A stretch of 34,644 nt of DNA, taken from positions 1-34,644 of the IMG/VR virus record IMGVR_UViG_3300005613_000223. One strand, given 5' to 3'. Under the pieces are notes generated by a model. The model searched no databases and was not told where the DNA came from. It saw only the letters and a list, made by a program, of their open reading frames with translations. Made by a program: the position numbers and the translations under genes. Every line of letters begins with the position of its first letter. The stretch's first letter is position 1. Shown here piece after piece: positions 34,491-34,644 of this stretch. The stretch is from a virus (taxonomy: Duplodnaviria > Caudoviricetes).

Positions 34491-34631
34491 ATGAAATGTC
34501 CAAAGTGTAAATCAACGATGACTTATATAAGAATATCTACAGGTGAGCTAGTCTGTAGATCTTGCGGAGAGATAACGCCGAAAGGTGAGGTAGAAGAGAT
34601 TAAAAGACAAGCAGAAGATAAAGACAAATAG
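34491..34631 (+). CDS. 46-aa zinc-ribbon protein
   Basis: AGGAG RBS. MKCPKCKS...GELVCRSCG. Confidence 0.7.
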   Translation: MKCPKCKSTMTYIRISTGELVCRSCGEITPKGEVEEIKRQAEDKDK

Positions 34632-34644
34632 GGGGGATTTTCCC

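Noticed and set aside
1-34644. Alternative genetic code, tRNA genes or terminal repeats
   Set aside because: Genes tile densely under the standard code, no cloverleaf was seen, and the window ends do not match each other.

Overview
This window is the virion morphogenesis module of a tailed dsDNA bacteriophage. The gene order is podovirus-like and almost all genes are on the minus strand. Read in transcription order (right to left) it encodes an HNH endonuclease, a sigma70-type promoter, a leader ORF plus long terminator-like hairpin, TerS, intein-containing TerL, two paralogous small structural proteins, portal, scaffold and the major capsid protein. These are followed by two paralogous decoration-like proteins, a SleB-like hydrolase, a head-tail adaptor, a modification cluster (SAM methyltransferase, DUF115/Maf-like protein, GT-A glycosyltransferase), a 984-aa repeat/LamG fibre, small membrane proteins, tail fibre genes, an apparently split nozzle gene, a sulfotransferase, three ejection-type proteins, a PurD-like protein and small RHH regulators. 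Three observations stand out. (1) The capsid gene is split into four exons by three group I introns, each with a LAGLIDADG ORF, and each ORF has a start codon on or next to the stop codon of the unspliced upstream-exon frame. (2) One 14-aa beta-strand repeat (xNLVSRVTVLKxST) is fused to three unrelated virion proteins, including the N-terminal half of the split nozzle, suggesting a shared assembly module. (3) These Ser/Thr-rich repeats are encoded beside Maf-like, GT-A and methyltransferase genes, with a sulfotransferase in the same late region, suggesting virion glycosylation. No replication, integrase, tRNA or CRISPR features were seen. All family calls come from motif recognition, not database searches.
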